Shown here: positions 49,422-59,821 of the stretch, piece by piece
Layout: each line of letters opens with the position of its first letter
How positions within the stretch are numbered: the stretch's first letter is position 1
DNA from: Flectonema sp. DT1601
Taxonomy: Eukaryota
Direction of reading: 5' to 3'
Assembly (NCBI GenBank): GCA_964019425.1
Contig: OZ025782.1
Span: 124,001 to 188,000 of the forward strand
Length of the DNA stretch: 64,000 nt
The notes under the pieces: generated by a model
What the model saw: the letters and a program-made list of their open reading frames with translations, nothing else
What the model was told of the DNA's origin: nothing
The model's database searches: none
Made by a program: the position numbers and the translations under genes

Positions 49422-49809
49422 CTCTTCTGTATATGTGTGGAGATACGAGCACTGAAAAAAAAAAAAAAAAAGAGAAATTAAAAATATAAAAAAAAGAAAA
49501 ACTATATTAAACCAAAAAAAAACACGTAAAAATCTTTTTTTTTTTTCGTATTGTAACAAAACCAATAAAGCCAACAAAAGGGTCAAGACGCTACTAAATA
49601 GCGAATTACGATATTCACAATAGCAGTTCTTTATAACAATCTTATGGGTGCCCCATTGTGAAAAATCTTTTTTTTTTTTAAAGTATTCCATCAAAGCGAG
49701 TGACTATCACACTCAGGCACCTACGAGGTACTCAAGGAACAGAAATTGTATTAAAATACAACCTAATAAAGTCATTACTAATATCCAACAGAACAGAGAG
49801 TGAAACTTC

Positions 49810-50685
49810 TCACATTTGTCGCATCTCATGAATAGGAGCAGCTGCTACCTGAGCGGCGGCAGGTGGCTGGTATGGGATCATTGGCTGCCATGCAGGAGGT
49901 GTATGTAGTGTTGGTGAAGGCGGCGATCCACCCCCTGAATTCTTCCTATACCAGTATACCATAACGCTTATCGATAACAGCGTCAGTATTACTCTTACTA
50001 TTTTAACATAAAAATATGGAGAGACAGTTTTATTTTTGATCGAATTGCGAGCTAACAAAGCAATAGCCTTGTGCAAAGGTTCAGAAGAGCTCGTGACAGG
50101 AGGGCAAAAGAGCATTGAATTGGATAAGAATTCACTGTACCCAGAGTCTAATAATGATTTGTAAACAACTTTAAGAGAGGTACAATCATGAAGTAAAGCT
50201 ATGCGAGAGTACTGATGGGTGTTCATGATTTCTTCCACTTGATTGGAAATGAATTTTCCCGACTCAGATGTTGACTTTCGATAAGTACTAAATAAACCTC
50301 CTTTACCATATTCACCCTGAATCATGTGAACGGGGATGGATCCTTCAAGACTCGTAACGAAATCAGGTATCATGTACGTCGCATACGGAGTGATTCCTAA
50401 CTTCCTATTCGACTTTATGTTAATACTAGCTTGTGTGTACATATGAATTTCACCCAATACAATACCGTCCATACCGCTGATACGTTGTTGAACAGCATCC
50501 CAGTATTCTGGCATCGCTGTTTGTGGTGCTGCAATCAGACAAATCATTTTTCCCGATTCGTTGGTCATAACCTTCTCCACAGAATAGTAACTCTCATCAT
50601 GTTTTGCATAAAAGGCAGGTGGACTTTCGCTCTGGAATCGTCTGCTTGGTTGACGAACAGCTGATATGACTAGCGCTCTTCTCAT
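49810..50685 (-). CDS. Hypothetical protein, probably mitochondrial, with one C-terminal TM segment, 291 aa
   Basis: MRRALVISAVRQPSRRFQS resembles a short presequence; TM IVRVILTLLSISVMVYWY; poly-T + CAG 10 nt upstream of the ATG. Confidence 0.75.
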   Translation of the reverse strand: MRRALVISAVRQPSRRFQSESPPAFYAKHDESYYSVEKVMTNESGKMICLIAAPQTAMPEYWDAVQQRISGMDGIVLGEIHMYTQASINIKSNRKLGITPYATYMIPDFVTSLEGSIPVHMIQGEYGKGGLFSTYRKSTSESGKFISNQVEEIMNTHQYSRIALLHDCTSLKVVYKSLLDSGYSEFLSNSMLFCPPVTSSSEPLHKAIALLARNSIKNKTVSPYFYVKIVRVILTLLSISVMVYWYRKNSGGGSPPSPTLHTPPAWQPMIPYQPPAAAQVAAAPIHEMRQM

Positions 50686-50698
50686 TTAGTTGGTTCTG

Positions 50699-50729
<31 letters not shown>

Positions 50730-51338
50730 GGGGGAAAAAATAGAGATTTTTTTTTTTTTTGTTTTTTTCTTTTTTTGTTGTTCTTCAACATAAGACTATT
50801 GTGGGGCATATTGCCGTCCTCTTCAGTTCCTGTATGGGACATGCGTCGCATCGACGGAAAGAAGTAAAACGAGTTTTTTTTTTTTACTAAGAATAGATAG
50901 AAAGGCTACAATTAAGAAACAAAATACGTAAATCGTCTTTCTAACAAAACATGGTTGGGAACCAATGTAAATACCGACAGCTTGCCACTTCCTGCTTGCG
51001 TTCTTCCCTAGTCGACAAGGAAGTACAAAAGCAGTCTGTGATAAGGGTGGGTTCGTAGAAGATTTAGAAAACCATTCAGATAAAAAAAAGCCCTTATATT
51101 TTGTTGATCGACAACATTCCTGGAGCACAAGAAATATGTTACATGACAATAATAGATAAACGGCTCTTAAAGCTGAATAGTTTCTTCTCTCCGACTTAGT
51201 AGGTGCAAACAACGAAAAAAAACAATAAAAAGACACCCAGCGTCTGCGAACGATGAGGATATAGATTATACAGAGATTCCCAGCTCTTTAATAGAGCTTC
51301 ATAGAATACGTTATTGCAGCATTCCAAAAACACGCAAT

Positions 51339-51373
<35 letters not shown>

Positions 51374-54045
51374 AATACCCGCAAACCGAATCACGTTTTA
51401 GTGAAGTCGTGAAACAACCAGACGTCATCCCAGAAAACATTCTGTGACTACATTACAGTGGGTTAATAAACATAAGTAACCAGCAGGGGACCTGAGTAAC
51501 CCGCAACAAGACTATGGGATGCCTGGTGTTAACTAGGATCTGTTTTTAGTAGAAAACGTTTTTTTACACAATAAGTAGACACATGACAACTTTAATGCAG
51601 AACGTTAGAATATAAAATCAAAACTTAAATTTCTTCAGCAAAAAAACAACATCACACAAAAAAACGTGACTTGTTGTCAGAAAATACTATTTTATCATGA
51701 TTTGTGTGTTTTTTTTTTTTTATCTTGCTATTATCATTACCAAGCGGGGTCATTATCTATGGGATACAATGGCAAAGTTTTTTTTTCTCTCTTCCCTCTG
51801 CAATATAAAACCGAAAGAAAACAGAAGACCTCTGAGAAGGAATGCTAACGAATAAAATAATGCAGAGTTCGCATGCCGTTATTACAACAGGAAGGTTTTT
51901 TCGATTGCTTGGAGACTAGTTTAGTTTAGTTAGCAAAATACAAACTGATGACTACGAGGGGTCTGGGTAGCCCGCATCAGTAAGGACCCAATCGCGAAGA
52001 TTGTAGTTTCATAGTATTGGCTGGAACTGATCGACTTCCAGCCTCCACCTTGCCCAGAGGCTAACAGGTTGTAAACAACTAAAGAAAATAAAAGAGAAAT
52101 GATCTGGGAGTGGGGGGAAGGTGAAAAAAAATAAAAAATCTTCTTTCTTTCATACATCTTTCTTTATAATACGACCACATGTGCCATATGCCCACACTCC
52201 ACGAAAGAAAATAGAAAACCCCGGAACAGTACCGAGGATCGTTCACCCTCAGTTGTCCAAAGCATTATAATTGTACTGTGGGCTTACCGAAAAGCTTTAG
52301 AAATGTACCACAAAAAACTGGGCAGCACATAGCCATATCACTCAGCAAGAAATGAAAACCAAAAAGATCAGGTAAGATGACAGTCAGTTTAAGGTCATAA
52401 CTGCGCCGGACTATGCTGCAAAAAAAAAAAAATATATGAAAAAAAAAAAAGAAGGAAAAAAAAAGGTAACGTTTATTTCTTGCTTCGTGTCGCGTTTATA
52501 ACAAAATAAATTTGGCAACACACACGAAAAACCGATAAACCGAGAAAGCTAAAAAAGAGATTTACACGTGTTTTTTTTCCAATATTATTTTCTTATTTCT
52601 TACAACACTTTTTTTTTTCCGCGCAAAATTATACAATCATCAGCTAGACATAGACACAGGTAAGCAGGTCCATTTCATATACATGTTGGACAACATAAGT
52701 AGACGATCTTTGAATGGAAGTAATGAGAACTGAGGAAAACAGTTAGACTCCGTTCATCAGAAGCGAATCATCGACAAAAGTACGTCGAGTCCTAAAGGCG
52801 ACATACTTTTTTTTTTTTTCCCCCATTTTAATTCAAACAATACTGCCAAACCATTAAATCAGGTTCCGTTTTTCAAAACAAAACTATCGTGATGTCCACA
52901 AAGAAAAAAATCAAGCGTATTTTTGTTTTTTTTTGTTTTTTCTCTCAAACATACAGGAAACGTTTAGCAACTTTTCTATTTAAGAAGAAACAAGTCATTT
53001 TGAAGAGTGGGGACTACATTTAGTTGATATCCCTGGGAGAAATACTTCGTCACTAGAGAGGGTTTTTTTTTTTTTGCTACCGCGACACCAGAGAGTCTGT
53101 AGGGGGAAAAAAAAAACAAGAAAAAAAAAAAAAATAGTAGTATCTGGTCTTCATTCGCAAAAAAAAAAAAAAAAACGAGCTTAATCAAGGACATCATGCA
53201 GAAACCGTCACGCGATATTTTCAACAATTTTTTCTGCAATCAAGAGGGAGTAACACTTAAAACGTTTGAAAGAATAAAAACCGCAAAAAAAAAAAAGACA
53301 ATACCGTGACTATTCCAGCATTCTTAAAGTTGCAGTTATCTTCAACAACCGGAAGGCTTGTTAAATATTTTTCGTTAAAAGTATTTCAATGCGGTCAAAA
53401 AAAAATGTGGAAAAAAAAATGTGAAAATGTAAATTAAGTTGGTCGTGGAGCCGTGGAATTGTTCCCTTCAACCAGCTTAGTTTATATCGTCTTCAATTCA
53501 CACAATCAGAAATGGAGAAAAAGACAAGAGGCATCCGCCGTAGCTGAAAAGCACTCGAATTGAAAAAAAAAAAAAAACTATCAAATAAAGAGACAAGATT
53601 TTCTTTTTTTTTCTCTCCGAAAGGGTGATCAGCCAGTAGGTTTTTGCTGGCCAAGTCCGAGATTCGCTTATTTTATAGAAAAAAGAAGGAAAGAAAAAAA
53701 AAGAAGGGAAAAAAAAAATCAGGTTTTTCAGGTTCTTTTTTTTTTTACGATGTGACCTTGATGATTATAATTTGTAACAAAAAAAAAAAAAAAAAAAAAA
53801 AACTTAAAAAAGATATAAGAGAACGATAACAAATACGAAAAGGAGCAGGGTACAAGGAGTGATCTCCCTACTAAAAAAAAAAAGAAACGAGATACCTTTT
53901 GAAAAAACCATCAGAGGTTCTATTTTCTCGTTGTGAATGGAGAACTTTTACAATAAAAGAATAGAACAAACAGCACGCCGTGAGAACAACAACAACGCGT
54001 AGATAATCTACATTATAATATAAAAATAAAAAAGTGCAAACTGGC

Positions 54046-56556
54046 TTAAATCGCAATTCCATTTATGAAGCAATCGGTGTGATCACCGCTGCTGAACCAC
54101 CAGGCAGCTTTTTGCTTATCATTCCACCCTGCATTTCTACTAGGAAAGCGACGTTTTGAACGCTTGTTTCGACGAGGTGCATGTGACACACCGAGAGTCG
54201 GAGATTTCGTATTAGATTCTGTAGATAAACCGCCTTCAGATTGTCCACATGATGACGTCTTACCGACTGCAGCCAGAGGAGTATTCGAAACACCAGTTTT
54301 TTTATGACTTTCAAGTTGCAGAAGTAGGTTATGTCGATTACGTAGTGACAAGTGAAACATCGAAAGTATCTTTTTATCATCTGTTGAGGCGATGCTCTCA
54401 TACTCGTTGGAATTCATATCCGTAAGCGTTTTACTACACCACTCTGAAAACGCTGCTGGCGTCATCCTACTCACATTCCTCTTCGATAAAGTAGCGTCAA
54501 TACTCCAACTCTTTACATAATCAGAAGGAGGTAGTGCAATTTTATTTCTAATCATCGCCTCAGTCAATTCCTGACAACTATTCCCAACAAACACTAAATA
54601 CGGTCCGGTCAGAGTAGTGATATCCGCAATAAAGTTACCGAGAGGTAAGTTTTTTTTACTTCGAGCGGTATCTTTCCAATCTGGGTTAGCACACGGACAC
54701 TTTGAAACTTCACCTCGATATGAGTCAATGAAATCGTGTCTGAGTATAGAAGACCCGTCATGCCATCCTGTTGTTAGGGTTGCGATTAGCCGACTGTCTG
54801 GGGTGTTTCTCAGTAATCTTTTAATAAAATCATGATATACGTTTGACATCATTCCTGGAAGTCGGAAATCAGACACGCATTCAGGTGTACTTGATGCGAA
54901 AGGATCAGCCAAACCCGGATCACACCAAGGACCATCTCTGTGTCCACTTGATAGCTTTAGAAGAGTTACACCAAAAGCCCAAACGTCAATACTGGTACCG
55001 AATTCTTTACAATCAAGTGGAGGTGATTGAATCGTATTTATAGAATCAAGTCCTTCAAGACCAGATTCTAAGTCGCAAAGATCACACAAATCTCTTCCAA
55101 TCCCACTCAACATCGACTCCGACATTTCCGGTGCCTGATAATCAGGAGTCGTGATCCCTGCTGGTGATACAGCTGACAGTTTTCCATTTTCTCTATGATT
55201 TGCTGTTTTTGACGTGCCAAAATCCGCAATCTTAACTTGTCCCCTTCTATTTACCAAGATATTACTTGGTTTGATATCTTTGTGTACGATTGCTTGTCTT
55301 CTAAGCATTGACAGTCCACATCCAACTTGTTGTGCTATCGAGCTGAGGATCGATTCAGGTAAAACACCTTGGTGATGTTCAGTTAGGCAATCACCTTGAA
55401 TAAATGAAGAACTATTGTATTGTAGAATCCGATATAAAATTGAATTGGTATCTTTAATTGAAACACCTTTCTTTAGAAATAACGGTTGAATACAACTAAC
55501 ACATAACGACCTCGAACAGTTGCATTGTAAATCACAAACACTGTTGTATGAGTACGGAACTCGATACCTAACTGAAGTGTCAAGGGTCGCAACAGTTTCA
55601 ATCGAAATAGCAACAGCAGCTGCAATGCAACTGATTTCAGATGGAAGCGGATTATGCTCACCTTTGACGTGGATGCTAAAACCATGTTTTGCAGCAAGTT
55701 TATATAAGGTATACTGATGAAGTTTACTTGCCATATCCCTAACGCTATCAAGTGTCCAGTCAGAGTATTCCATTATAAACTCTATTGATGGGGTGGATGA
55801 ACCAGAATAATCGCTTTGATATCTCACTCCATACAAAGGAATGAAATGAGGTCCAGAAATCCACATTCTTCGTATCTCACCAACGATACTCGAGACTACA
55901 GAGTTTTGTTCACCTAGAGATTGTGAGTTGTTTCCTCGTGAAAGTGCTGCTTGAAGAGTTGATGTTGTTCTTCTTAATGGTATCTGTTTAACAGCATAAG
56001 GAATACCATCGACTTTAAATGATGAAACAACACCATAACCACCTCTAGCGATTAGACGTCTGGTTGAGTCTCCTGGAGTTGGACACTTGTCTGTGATGCA
56101 TACCATACATCCTCGAAGTCTGCAATCTGATTTATGTGATAGGAGGGGAATTATTGAAGAGTTCGCAATTACAATTTTTGGTTTTTTTTGCGTCGCTATA
56201 ACCGCCAGTGATAAGATCACAATGGCTGCCGTTGAGCTTGATCGTCCCAAATTTCCGGTGTTGTATTGAGTGTTTTTTATTCTTTTTATAGTTCTGGTTT
56301 GCAAGGCTATTCCCTTACTCGGGGGCGCAGTACCTGCCGGCTGTGTCAACAGTCTTGCATTTCTTAAGAAAAACAAGTGTTTATTAGTGACCACAGCAGT
56401 GATAGGAGGCTGGTCCTCATGATATATTTTTAGTGACACCGTTTCGGTACCTGCAATTGATAGTTCGTCTCCTCCCAGAGATGCAATTTTCTTAGTTTTC
56501 TTACCTGCTGTTGGAAGTGATTTTCCGTCACTCCATGTAACTAGTACCGATGTCAT
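54046..56556 (-). CDS. Ser/Thr protein kinase, STE7/MAP2K-like, with large inserts, 836 aa
   Basis: IARGGYGVV, YAVKQI, IMEY, HKDIKPSNILVNRRGQVKIADFG, YQAPE, DVWAFG. Confidence 0.85.
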   Translation of the reverse strand: MTSVLVTWSDGKSLPTAGKKTKKIASLGGDELSIAGTETVSLKIYHEDQPPITAVVTNKHLFFLRNARLLTQPAGTAPPSKGIALQTRTIKRIKNTQYNTGNLGRSSSTAAIVILSLAVIATQKKPKIVIANSSIIPLLSHKSDCRLRGCMVCITDKCPTPGDSTRRLIARGGYGVVSSFKVDGIPYAVKQIPLRRTTSTLQAALSRGNNSQSLGEQNSVVSSIVGEIRRMWISGPHFIPLYGVRYQSDYSGSSTPSIEFIMEYSDWTLDSVRDMASKLHQYTLYKLAAKHGFSIHVKGEHNPLPSEISCIAAAVAISIETVATLDTSVRYRVPYSYNSVCDLQCNCSRSLCVSCIQPLFLKKGVSIKDTNSILYRILQYNSSSFIQGDCLTEHHQGVLPESILSSIAQQVGCGLSMLRRQAIVHKDIKPSNILVNRRGQVKIADFGTSKTANHRENGKLSAVSPAGITTPDYQAPEMSESMLSGIGRDLCDLCDLESGLEGLDSINTIQSPPLDCKEFGTSIDVWAFGVTLLKLSSGHRDGPWCDPGLADPFASSTPECVSDFRLPGMMSNVYHDFIKRLLRNTPDSRLIATLTTGWHDGSSILRHDFIDSYRGEVSKCPCANPDWKDTARSKKNLPLGNFIADITTLTGPYLVFVGNSCQELTEAMIRNKIALPPSDYVKSWSIDATLSKRNVSRMTPAAFSEWCSKTLTDMNSNEYESIASTDDKKILSMFHLSLRNRHNLLLQLESHKKTGVSNTPLAAVGKTSSCGQSEGGLSTESNTKSPTLGVSHAPRRNKRSKRRFPSRNAGWNDKQKAAWWFSSGDHTDCFINGIAI

Positions 56557-56832
56557 GTGCCACCGACCTGTTAAGGAATAAAATGTTTAATTCTTAGACT
56601 CCATCTAAAGTTTAATAAAAAAAACATAAAATCAGATCATTTTTTGTTGACTTCTGTTTTTTTTGAAAAAAAAAAAAAAAAAAAATTAATTTTCAAAAAA
56701 GATTCACAATTTGTCGAGAGTCTTCATAATTATTCCTTGAAAAAGGAAATTTAACAAAAAAAAAAAAAAAAAAAAACATAACAACCTGACCAAAAATAGG
56801 GGTTTATGTTTTTTTTAACAAAGTTAAGAAAT

Positions 56833-57717
56833 CTAATGCCATGCAGGTCTGTTTTCAGTGGTAAATCGCATCATTCTGATATGGTGTCTTTTGGAAGCAT
56901 CGTTCGTATCGATCTGAAGTTTTGGATACATAAGTGAAATCTTACTCGGAGGTACATAATTACTAACCTGAATGTCATTATATATAAAAGGAGGTTGAGA
57001 TCGAGAAGACTCCAACACACCAGAAGGCAACTCCAATGAAAACGGCGGGAGAGAATGTGAGAGAAGTGGTGCGACATTGTCAGACATGTGAGTAGCAACT
57101 TCTCGAAACGCTTCTTGCTGTTTTTTTGCATGTTCTTTTGCCAGTGTAAGTGTCTCGTGTATTGTACCTGGGGCTCCAGCAGTTATGTGGTCTAGTTTAT
57201 TTTTACCTATTGTTTCTTTGAGTCTAGGGTTGGTATCGTTTAGTTTTTGTCTGTAATCAAAGCGTGATATTGAAGGTATCGGTGGCTCTTTTCTCTTCCT
57301 TCGAATGTTTCCATGTTCTAGTACCTCAGTGCTTGGCTTCCACCATCCCTTGACTCTTGCGCGTCCTAATAAATTACGCTCTGCTTCATACTTTGGGGGT
57401 TCGAATACTCTGCGGCCTACTTTCTTGTTTTCATCCCAGGTAGTCTCACCGGTTCTTTCACGAAAGACTACTCTTCCGAAACGATTGTCAAGTTCTTCAG
57501 TTCTAGTGTAATTCTTAGTAGATGAATCACCTCTGTGGACTCCCTTATCTCTATTTGGGATATCTGTCTGTGGAGCTCCACAACACAAGTCTGCCAGTTG
57601 TATTCCTGTCTGTTGTCTGTTCGGTACCTGCTGTGTTTGAATTATTTTTCTTCCTCTCCTTCCGACCGGGAAGGACGGTGCCCCACCTGGTATACCCGCC
57701 AAGATTGGTACCTCCAT
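56833..57717 (-). CDS. Hypothetical basic protein, 294 aa
   Basis: Long ORF on the common coding strand, flanked by AT-rich spacers; no recognised domain. Confidence 0.7.
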   Translation of the reverse strand: MEVPILAGIPGGAPSFPVGRRGRKIIQTQQVPNRQQTGIQLADLCCGAPQTDIPNRDKGVHRGDSSTKNYTRTEELDNRFGRVVFRERTGETTWDENKKVGRRVFEPPKYEAERNLLGRARVKGWWKPSTEVLEHGNIRRKRKEPPIPSISRFDYRQKLNDTNPRLKETIGKNKLDHITAGAPGTIHETLTLAKEHAKKQQEAFREVATHMSDNVAPLLSHSLPPFSLELPSGVLESSRSQPPFIYNDIQVSNYVPPSKISLMYPKLQIDTNDASKRHHIRMMRFTTENRPAWH

Positions 57718-58027
57718 TAAAAGTTCACCACTCTGGCTGTGTTATGAGTGGTGAAGACCTGTTTAGATGGAATACATGGTTTACAATATTTGCTATGAAA
57801 AGTAACCCTATACAAAACTAAAACCCCACCGGCATCAGGATTGCTAACACTCAGCTTACTCTGAATCCATTATGGAGGTTTGAATAAATATTCGAAAAGG
57901 GATTGACAAAAGTAAAAAGATCGTTAACCAAAAAAGTTAATTGTATGCCGTCGGGTGGAGGAGGGGGGAAAAGCTGTTAATTTTGTATAAACCGAAACTA
58001 TGTATCCATCCTCATCATATGAGGAAA

Positions 58028-58981
58028 TTAAAGTTCTATTTCACCACCTGCTTCATTCACCCACTTAGCTATTTGAGTAGCGTAGTACGTCAGGACGTAG
58101 TTGGCACCAGCTCTTTTAAAGCTTCTCATAACATCGATAACTTCTGTTCTTTCGTCAAGACCGTGACTGAGAACACCTGCCTTTAGGAGAGCGTACTCAC
58201 CAGAGACGTGGTATGCAGCAATTTCTTTTTCGTTATTTGTAATAGTGTGAAGCTGTGAGATGATATCGAGGTAAGGAAGACCAGGTTTGACCATTAGAAT
58301 ATCTGCGCCTTCAACCATATCGAGATACGCTTCAGCGTTTGCTTCTGATTTGTTAGCAGGATTCATTTGATAAGTTTTCTTATCCATTCCGGGAGTTGGA
58401 GCTGAACCCAAAGCATCTCTAAATGGACCGTAGAATGCAGATGCGTATTTAACAGCATACGACATTAGCTTGAGAGAGTTCTCATTGGGATATTCAGAAA
58501 TAGCCTGTCTGAGTTCCATAATACGCCCATCCATCATATCACTTGGCGCTATGACATCAGTACCAGCTTCAATATGGCATCGTGCTTGTTTTACTAATTG
58601 ACTAACAGTCAGATCGTTTACAACTTCGTCACCAACAACAACACCATCTTGTCCTGTTGTTGTGTACGGATCTAAGGCAACATCAGTTACAATTTTTATA
58701 CCCGGAACTTCTGATTTTATCCTCCTTATAACACGTGGTATTAAACCTTCAGGGTTGTATGCTTCACTGCCATCTACAGACTTCAACTCTTGGTTAATAT
58801 TCGGGAATAAAGCAACTCCCCAAACTCCGTTGTCTCTTGCGATTCCAACCTGTTCAATAAGTGAGTCTTTTGTATGTCTAAATAGCCCAGGCATAGATCC
58901 GACAGGTGTCACTGCATCACCATCATGTACAAACAATGGTTGGATGACATTACTTGGTCTAAGTGTTAGACAACGTCTCAT
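58028..58981 (-). CDS. hemB: Delta-aminolevulinic acid dehydratase (porphobilinogen synthase), non-Zn (Asp-rich) type, 317 aa
   Basis: DVALDPYTTTGQDG, APSDMMDGRI, SYAVKYASAFYGPFRDA, YQMNPAN, EGADILMVKPG, AYHVSGEY; both catalytic lysines present. Confidence 0.95.
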   Translation of the reverse strand: MRRCLTLRPSNVIQPLFVHDGDAVTPVGSMPGLFRHTKDSLIEQVGIARDNGVWGVALFPNINQELKSVDGSEAYNPEGLIPRVIRRIKSEVPGIKIVTDVALDPYTTTGQDGVVVGDEVVNDLTVSQLVKQARCHIEAGTDVIAPSDMMDGRIMELRQAISEYPNENSLKLMSYAVKYASAFYGPFRDALGSAPTPGMDKKTYQMNPANKSEANAEAYLDMVEGADILMVKPGLPYLDIISQLHTITNNEKEIAAYHVSGEYALLKAGVLSHGLDERTEVIDVMRSFKRAGANYVLTYYATQIAKWVNEAGGEIEL

Positions 58982-59821
58982 ATTATTATATAAAAGTATG
59001 TTAAAGCCTATTTTTATTTTTTTTTTTTAAAATAAAAATAAGATTAATTTTGACAAGAATAAGCCTCATCGAGCAAAAGAAATCATTGTGGTTCGGGTCA
59101 CTCATGCCTTACATATATGAAAAAATAAACATCTGTTTTATATCAGAGTTAACTAAAATAAACGTAAGTTATGACTACAGCAAAGGTTAGTATTATAATT
59201 TATGTTTCTGACTTAGCTGCATACACATCTCTGTTTCCGTGTTGTCATTCATCTTTTTGGAGGGGGGTGAAAACATATATTAAAACACATTCGTATTTTA
59301 ATCCAAACACTAATAAAATAAAAAAGAGTATTAATTTTCCTCTTTTTTTTTTTGTTTCGTTGCTGAAATTCAACAGATGTATAAAATAATATGTAAAAAA
59401 ATAATAAATTTTCTTTCTTTTTTTTTTTTTTTTTTGAAGGCATATTCTCCTTACTTGATAATAAAAAAAATAAAACACTAAATAAAAATGGCTGATCAGT
59501 AGAGCTAAGAAAGCGCGAAGAGTTAGATGACGGGAATAAAAAGTTTTAAAAAAAATTTAAAAAAAAAAAAACGCATGATTCTGGGCATCGCTGCCTGTCG
59601 GACGTCAAAAAAAGTACTTCACATTACATTTGCAAAACTGAAAAGAAGTTGTGAAAAAAAAAAAAAAAAAAAAAACGATTTACGACAGTAACATAATTTG
59701 ATAAGAAACAAAAAGATTGATAACGCCAAACGATAGTACGACTCTTGACTCTTTGACCGACTGGAACAGTCATCTTAGTATGTACAAAAAAAAAAAAAAA
59801 CTAATTTTAAAACACAAAACA

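Noticed and set aside
49422..49694. N-terminal hydrophobic extension of ORF 48360..49694 (similar extensions at 17884, 22202, 24323, 32500, 33920, 35248)
   Set aside because: Derived from T-rich upstream sequence or non-ATG starts; downstream ATGs give proper signal peptides or starts.
51940..52770. CTGATGA/CTGAGGA words as hammerhead ribozyme cores or C boxes
   Set aside because: No stem II followed by GAAA, and no matching D box at a suitable distance.
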